DNA of 64,000 bases from Methanomicrobia archaeon. GTDB taxonomy: Archaea > Methanobacteriota_B > Thermococci > Methanofastidiosales > NM3. The notes beneath the pieces are model-generated. The model saw only the letters and a program-made list of their open reading frames with translations, had not been told where the DNA came from and ran no database searches. Of the stretch, positions 59,372 to 64,000 are shown piece by piece (position 1 is the stretch's first letter; each line of letters starts with the position of its first letter). Location of the stretch: assembly GCA_030603445.1 (NCBI GenBank), contig JAUVXU010000001.1:43924-107923 (forward strand). Reading direction: 5' to 3'. The translations under genes were made by a program, and so were the position numbers.

Positions 59372-59391
59372 GTCAAGTAAAATGACTTGAC
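59372..59391. promoter_or_regulatory. Palindromic operator-like element GTCAAGT-AAAATG-ACTTGAC at the start of the downstream HTH gene
   Basis: A 7-bp inverted repeat with a 6-nt spacer ends 12 nt before the ATG at 59404. Confidence 0.5.
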
Positions 59392-59403
59392 TTGGTGTTT
59401 GTT

Positions 59404-59805
59404 ATGAAATACTCTTTCAATTATGTGGAAAAATGGATAGATACAGATTATTTTGCTAATAAATTATTAGATATGAGTTATTTTACTAAAATTCAATTAA
59501 AAGATTACGTTTCTTACGTTTGGAACAAAGAATATGGAGATAATGTTACATATATCGAGTTAGCAAACAATAGAAATGTATCAAAACAGGCGATTTCTGA
59601 TAATATACGCCTTGCAAAAGATAATATTGACAAAGCAATCTCAACTTTTATTTTAGGTATTTACGCTAATCTCATCCCGTTGGAATCTATTGAAATATAT
59701 ACAGAATTTTTAGAGCTTTTGAAGGAAGCAAAAGAAAGCGAAAGTGAACGAGACTTTCAAAAAATGAGAAAAAGAATGATAAATGTTTTGGATGAATTAT
59801 TGTGA
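59404..59805 (+). CDS. Small HTH protein (133 aa), hypothetical regulator
   Basis: An HTH-like segment is present (TYIELANNRNVSKQAISDNIRLAKDNI). The sequence is AT-rich. Confidence 0.45.
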   Translation: MKYSFNYVEKWIDTDYFANKLLDMSYFTKIQLKDYVSYVWNKEYGDNVTYIELANNRNVSKQAISDNIRLAKDNIDKAISTFILGIYANLIPLESIEIYTEFLELLKEAKESESERDFQKMRKRMINVLDELL

Positions 59806-59808
59806 TAT

Positions 59809-59844
59809 CAATGATGTCATAATGATGTTATTGATGTCATCGAT
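59809..59844. repeat. Tandem short direct repeats CAATGATGTCAT / AATGATGTTAT / TGATGTCAT(CGAT) between two convergent genes
   Basis: Three consecutive copies of an AATGATGTYAT motif are read directly from the sequence. Confidence 0.7.
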
Positions 59845-59845
59845 A

Positions 59846-60457
59846 TTATAACTTGTTATAAATATATTCTTTCCCTTTTCGTTTTCTTGAGAGATATCCT
59901 TTTTTGTGCAGTGCTTTAAGTATTCTTGATATATGCCCTTTGGACATCTTTGTTTCTTCTACGATCATATCTGTGGTAATATTCGTTGAATACTTACTGA
60001 GTATTTCTTCTTCGAATTCTGTTAGTGTTTCCTCGTTTTGAATTATTTCTTTTTTAGAAACTATTGGTCTTTTATTTAAGGCGAAATCTATAAATTTTTC
60101 AGTTATTTTATTTTGGGACTCTTTTATGTCTTTTATTTCGTTTTGAACCATTTCTATTTCTTTTTTTGTTAAATTTAATTCATCTTTATATACAACTTTT
60201 AACATTTCATTATCCGTTTCCATTATTTTCTCTGCCAATTTATTTAGTTTGAATTCGTGTTTATCGCTTACTGTGTTAATATCTTTTAATTCCAGTTTTA
60301 TATCTTGTATCTCAGAAAATATGGTTCTTACGTCTGTTTTAAAGATTTGAAAGTCTTGGATATTTTGTTCTTCTAGCGTTGTCTTTATTATTTCAAGTTC
60401 TTTTTCTATTTTATTGTCTTCTTTCTTTTTTAATCCCAACAATGATAATAATCCCAT
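59846..60457 (-). CDS. Coiled-coil protein with a C-terminal winged-helix DNA-binding domain
   Basis: The N-terminal ~150 aa are heptad-rich (EKELEIIKTTLEEQ…). The C-terminus is a wHTH (TDMIVEETKMSKGHISRILKALHKKGYLSRKRKGKEYIY). Confidence 0.55.
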   Translation of the reverse strand: MGLLSLLGLKKKEDNKIEKELEIIKTTLEEQNIQDFQIFKTDVRTIFSEIQDIKLELKDINTVSDKHEFKLNKLAEKIMETDNEMLKVVYKDELNLTKKEIEMVQNEIKDIKESQNKITEKFIDFALNKRPIVSKKEIIQNEETLTEFEEEILSKYSTNITTDMIVEETKMSKGHISRILKALHKKGYLSRKRKGKEYIYNKL

Positions 60458-60491
60458 GAGTAAATAATTAATATTTTCCTATATATATCTT

Positions 60492-60618
60492 TCGATGATG
60501 TCATTGAAACTAGCATAATATTTGATATTTTTTTAATTAAAATGATATTTTTTAATTAAAACAATTCAATGATATCAATGATGTAATTTAATATTATTTA
60601 ACATCAATGATGTTATCG
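60492..60618. repeat. Cluster of AATGATGTYAT-family motifs (CGATGATGTCAT, CAATGATATCAATGATGTAAT, CAATGATGTTAT) upstream of the coiled-coil wHTH gene, extending into the rpiA 3' end
   Basis: At least four copies lie within 130 bp. The motif is the same as in the 59809–59844 repeats. Confidence 0.65.
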
Positions 60619-61259
60619 TGTGCGATTATTATTTTGCATGGTCGTGTGAATATACCATTTTCTACTACGCCGGGTATATTGTTTAATTTTTGTTCTAATG
60701 TTGGTGGGTCATTAATCATAATCTTTAGATCTATTATGAAGTTTCCATTATCTGAGATCACAGGCCCGTCTTTAGCTTTTGCTTCTCTTAGTATTGGTTT
60801 TCCTATTTTTTCTAATTTATTCATAACGGTGGTTAAGCTCATGGGTATAATTTCTATTGGGAGTGCAAAATTCGTTCCTAGTGTGGCAACGAGTTTTGAC
60901 TTATCAATAAGCACGTAGAATTCCTTTGCTGCATAATCTACGATTTTTTCTTGTGTTAGAGCTCCACCCCTCCCTTTTATTAGATGATTATGTGGATTGA
61001 CCTCATCTGCCCCATCAAATGCTACTTCTGGTAGGTGCTCTGGTAAACTTGTGATTCGTAGGTTATTTTCTATGCATAAATTATATGATTGGTAAGAGGT
61101 AGGTATAGCATAAAATTCCTCCCCTTGTTCTATGCGTTTTCTTAGAGCTTTAGCATAGAGTGCTATAGTACTGCCCGTACCTAACCCAATTACTTGCCCT
61201 TCTTTTGTTAAGTTTGCAGCATAATCAGCAACTTTCTGTTTCTGTTGTATTATATTCAT
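60594..61259 (-). CDS. rpiA: Ribose-5-phosphate isomerase A
   Basis: GLGTGST…, DGADEV…, KGRGGALTQEK are the RpiA signature segments. Confidence 0.9.
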   Translation of the reverse strand: MNIIQQKQKVADYAANLTKEGQVIGLGTGSTIALYAKALRKRIEQGEEFYAIPTSYQSYNLCIENNLRITSLPEHLPEVAFDGADEVNPHNHLIKGRGGALTQEKIVDYAAKEFYVLIDKSKLVATLGTNFALPIEIIPMSLTTVMNKLEKIGKPILREAKAKDGPVISDNGNFIIDLKIMINDPPTLEQKLNNIPGVVENGIFTRPCKIIIAHDNIIDVK

Positions 61260-61300
61260 ATTGGTAAAAACATTTTTATTATTTTTATATATATCTTATA

Positions 61301-62932
61301 TTGATGCAACATATACGATATTTTTCATTGATATTTATTTTTTTATTGTTTTTTGAATCATTCTCTTTTTGTGCATCTCTTGAATCGAATGAAAATGTAG
61401 ATTTAGCTTTGGATAGTGGAAAAATTGTAGTTTTATATTTTTGGCAATCTGATTGTTCTTCATGTGGTAGCGTAGATGTTTCTATGACATCTATAGAAAC
61501 AATGTATGGCGATAGTATTGTTCTTTTCAGGCTTAATTTAGATCAAGGGGAAATTGTGTTAGAAACACGTTATTCTGTCAGCGTTACCCCAACTGTTGTT
61601 ATTTTTGATAGTTTAGGTAGAATTTTTGATACTTTGGCGGGTGCTAAAACCTTATCTTATTACATTGATCGCATTGATGCAGCATTTGCTGCAGAGGGGG
61701 GATTTAGAGATGAGGCCAATAAATATTATGACAATGCTTTACTCTTTTTTAATATTGAAAAGTATTCCAATGCAAAACAGTACTTTACGAAGGCACGTGA
61801 ATTGTATTCAAAAATAGGCGATGTTACTAAGACCATATTATGTGACCAGTTTATTCAGAAATCCGATAAATATATGGATGCAGCATTATATTTGGAACAG
61901 GCCGATGATAATTTTTTGGAAGAAGATTACCTACTTGCTAAATCTAATTATAATGTTGCTTTATCTTATTATTTGAATTTAAACGATTTAGATAAGATGG
62001 ATTATTGTAGTTTACAAATTGATAAATGTGATTTGTATCCCTCTCTTGAAGAGAATATGATTATTGCACAAAGGTATGTGTATGAACATAAATATGCATC
62101 TGCAAAAGTAGCTTTAATAGAAATTCGCAATGGATATGAGCAGTTAGGTGAGACAGAGAAAGTTGTTGAAATAGAAAATACTATCAAATTATGTAGCGAC
62201 TATATCTTAGCAAACCAATATTTTTCAGATGCGACTGTAGCAATTAATAACAAAAATTACGAAGTTGCAATTTCTAATTTTAATGAAGCAAAAAATATCT
62301 ATATTTCTTATGGCGACGAGGAAAAAATAATGTTATGTGACCAAAACATTGCTATTGCAAATCAATTATTGGAATTGCAGGTATCAATTACGCCCCCCCC
62401 TGCTGGTTTAGGAACGGATTACAGTAAGTATTATCCTTATGTGGCATTCATAGTATTTTGTGTATTAATTATAGGCGGAATAATAATATATTATACTAAA
62501 AGAAAAAAGAATAAATCTGGTGTTTCATCTTCTTCAAAAGTCCCTGCAATTGACAGAATATCTAAACAGTTGGATATTTCTTTTGATAAAAATACAATTG
62601 AAGAAGCAGAAATTCTAAGCGAAGAGGAGGATAAAGAACCGTCTTTTATACCCGAGGACCCGTTTAATTCTTATAAAAGTACTACTATTGAAGCAAAAAA
62701 TGAGCTTCTTTCTAACTTTTTACAGTGGGCAGAAGAGCTTGTTAAAGAACTCGATAATGCAAATTCAAAGGATTATTTTATATATCGTGACAAATTGGAT
62801 CAATTGTATTCTTTTTTCACACGTTCTTTTAGCTCGGATGAAGCATATCTTGACAAAGACCTACTTTCCTTGGTAAATGAACGCATTCATATTTGTCAAA
62901 CAAAGCTTACTGACTTGATAGACATAATATGA
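61301..62932 (+). CDS. Secreted/membrane-anchored TPR-like repeat protein with a C-terminal TM and acidic cytoplasmic tail
   Basis: It has a signal peptide and repeated ~34-aa Tyr/Ala/Asn-rich helical hairpins (…ANKYYDNALLFFNIEKYSNAKQYFTKARELYSK…). The TM is YVAFIVFCVLIIGGIIIYY. Confidence 0.5.
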   Translation: MMQHIRYFSLIFIFLLFFESFSFCASLESNENVDLALDSGKIVVLYFWQSDCSSCGSVDVSMTSIETMYGDSIVLFRLNLDQGEIVLETRYSVSVTPTVVIFDSLGRIFDTLAGAKTLSYYIDRIDAAFAAEGGFRDEANKYYDNALLFFNIEKYSNAKQYFTKARELYSKIGDVTKTILCDQFIQKSDKYMDAALYLEQADDNFLEEDYLLAKSNYNVALSYYLNLNDLDKMDYCSLQIDKCDLYPSLEENMIIAQRYVYEHKYASAKVALIEIRNGYEQLGETEKVVEIENTIKLCSDYILANQYFSDATVAINNKNYEVAISNFNEAKNIYISYGDEEKIMLCDQNIAIANQLLELQVSITPPPAGLGTDYSKYYPYVAFIVFCVLIIGGIIIYYTKRKKNKSGVSSSSKVPAIDRISKQLDISFDKNTIEEAEILSEEEDKEPSFIPEDPFNSYKSTTIEAKNELLSNFLQWAEELVKELDNANSKDYFIYRDKLDQLYSFFTRSFSSDEAYLDKDLLSLVNERIHICQTKLTDLIDII

Positions 62933-62942
62933 GGCCATAATA

Positions 62943-64000
62943 ATGTTAGAGTTCACTGAAGGTAAGGCAGTAATTTCTGTACCCAAATTTGACAAAATTA
63001 CTTCACGCAATGCAGTTTTCTATAATCCCCTCATGTATTTTAATAGAGATATTTCTGTGCTATTTGTTGATGGCCTATCTGATGATTATACTATCCTTTG
63101 TGGCATGGCAGGTACAGGTATTCGTCCTTTAAGATATTTTTTGGAATCACGAAAGCGTGTTTTTGCCAATGATATAAATCCACGCGCTGCTGATATTATT
63201 AAGAAAAATGCAAAGAAAAACAATGTTATTTTGGAATATTTTAATGAGGATTTCAATGTATTAAAGGGCAAGTATGATATTATTGATATAGACCCATTCG
63301 GATCACCGGCAAGATATATGTCTGCTGGCATGCGCATGCTGCGAAAAGAGGGATATATATTTGCAACTGCAACAGATACTGCAGCGCTTTGCGGCTCTTC
63401 CCAAAAATCATGCCTGCGTAAGTATGGTGCCCACCCCTTAAAAACACATTATTGTCATGAGACCGGACTTCGAATCCTTATAGGCACAATTGTGAGTGAT
63501 GCGGCCAGGTGGGGATATGGTGCTACCCCACAACTTTGTTTTTATAAAGATCATTATATGCGGGTGCATGTTAAAATGGTAAAAGGAAAGCGACGCGCTG
63601 TTACTTCTATGAAACAGCTTGGTTTTATTAATCATTGTTGGTCGTGTCTTGATAGGTCCTTTTCTACAAAACCGGTAAGTGTTTGCAAGTGTGGTAACAA
63701 TTACGCACACGCATATCCTGTGTGGGGAGGCCCCATAAATGATAATGATGTAATTGAGCGCATGCTATCTGGAATTGAAAATTCATCAATTGATAATAAG
63801 GAACAAATAGAGAATTTTCTTTTAACCCTTAAATCTGAAGTTGATATACCCTTCCATTGGGACGCTCATGAGATTTCTTCATATTTGAAGATCCCTGCCC
63901 CAAAAATGGAGAAAATTCTTGAAGTTCTTGATAAAGAGGGGCACGAAAGCTCAAAAACACACTTTTCGCCTACAGCATTCAAGACTCGGGCAACGATTCA
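62943..64000 (+). CDS. trm1: tRNA (guanine26-N2)-dimethyltransferase Trm1 (3' end outside the window)
   Basis: The translation (MLEFTEGKAVISVPKF…NAVFYNPLMYFNRDISV…DPFGSP…) matches Trm1. A C-terminal Cys cluster CWSC…CKCG is present. This ORF has no stop within the window and is missing from the supplied ORF track. Confidence 0.85.
   Translation, partial: MLEFTEGKAVISVPKFDKITSRNAVFYNPLMYFNRDISVLFVDGLSDDYTILCGMAGTGIRPLRYFLESRKRVFANDINPRAADIIKKNAKKNNVILEYFNEDFNVLKGKYDIIDIDPFGSPARYMSAGMRMLRKEGYIFATATDTAALCGSSQKSCLRKYGAHPLKTHYCHETGLRILIGTIVSDAARWGYGATPQLCFYKDHYMRVHVKMVKGKRRAVTSMKQLGFINHCWSCLDRSFSTKPVSVCKCGNNYAHAYPVWGGPINDNDVIERMLSGIENSSIDNKEQIENFLLTLKSEVDIPFHWDAHEISSYLKIPAPKMEKILEVLDKEGHESSKTHFSPTAFKTRATI

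Noticed and set aside
59809-59844. Possible CRISPR array from tandem short repeats
   Set aside because: The repeat units are only 9–12 nt and directly abutting, with no spacers, and there are only three copies. No cas genes are nearby.

Overview
This is a 64-kb window from a low-GC (about 40%) euryarchaeal chromosome. The archaeal assignment rests on a family-D DNA polymerase (DP1/DP2), Elp3, fibrillarin/Nop5, an archaeal class-I CCA-adding enzyme, RadA, and a class-II tRNA-Ser. All calls are based on reading the translated ORFs and motifs by eye; no searches were run. The core chromosome content is: an EF-1alpha–S10 operon; endonuclease IV; an Mrp ATPase; a textbook oriC whose inverted ORB elements flank an AT-rich unwinding region immediately upstream of an orc1/cdc6–dp1–dp2 operon; two different RPA systems (a short-RPA / small OB-fold / RPA32-like operon, and a four-OB-fold RPA translationally coupled to radA); RNase HII; convergent fibrillarin–Nop5; Elp3; three tandem M42/TET aminopeptidases; the CCA-adding enzyme, ThpR and a Gpt-like PRTase; RpiA; and a partial Trm1. 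The unusual or accessory content is: (1) an AT-rich island of bacterial-type genes (APH-family kinase, bPH-domain membrane protein, YwbE-like), with a 13-bp perfect hairpin just upstream of its first gene; (2) a solitary Fic protein with a variant motif; (3) a ThiI-like ferredoxin/THUMP protein with a degenerate PP-loop fused to a Nudix hydrolase; (4) a cis-prenyltransferase-fold protein beside oriC that lacks the catalytic motif; (5) an uncharacterised 455-aa wHTH protein closing the RPA operon; (6) a membrane redox module (NapH-like polyferredoxin fusion, thioredoxin-like, DUF116); (7) an almost identical ORB copy 25 kb from oriC next to tRNA-Ser; (8) a dispersed AATGATGTYAT repeat family bracketing a coiled-coil wHTH gene; and (9) a thiamine-related cluster (HTH–ThiN regulator, ThiB/ThiP-like transporter, YjbQ).
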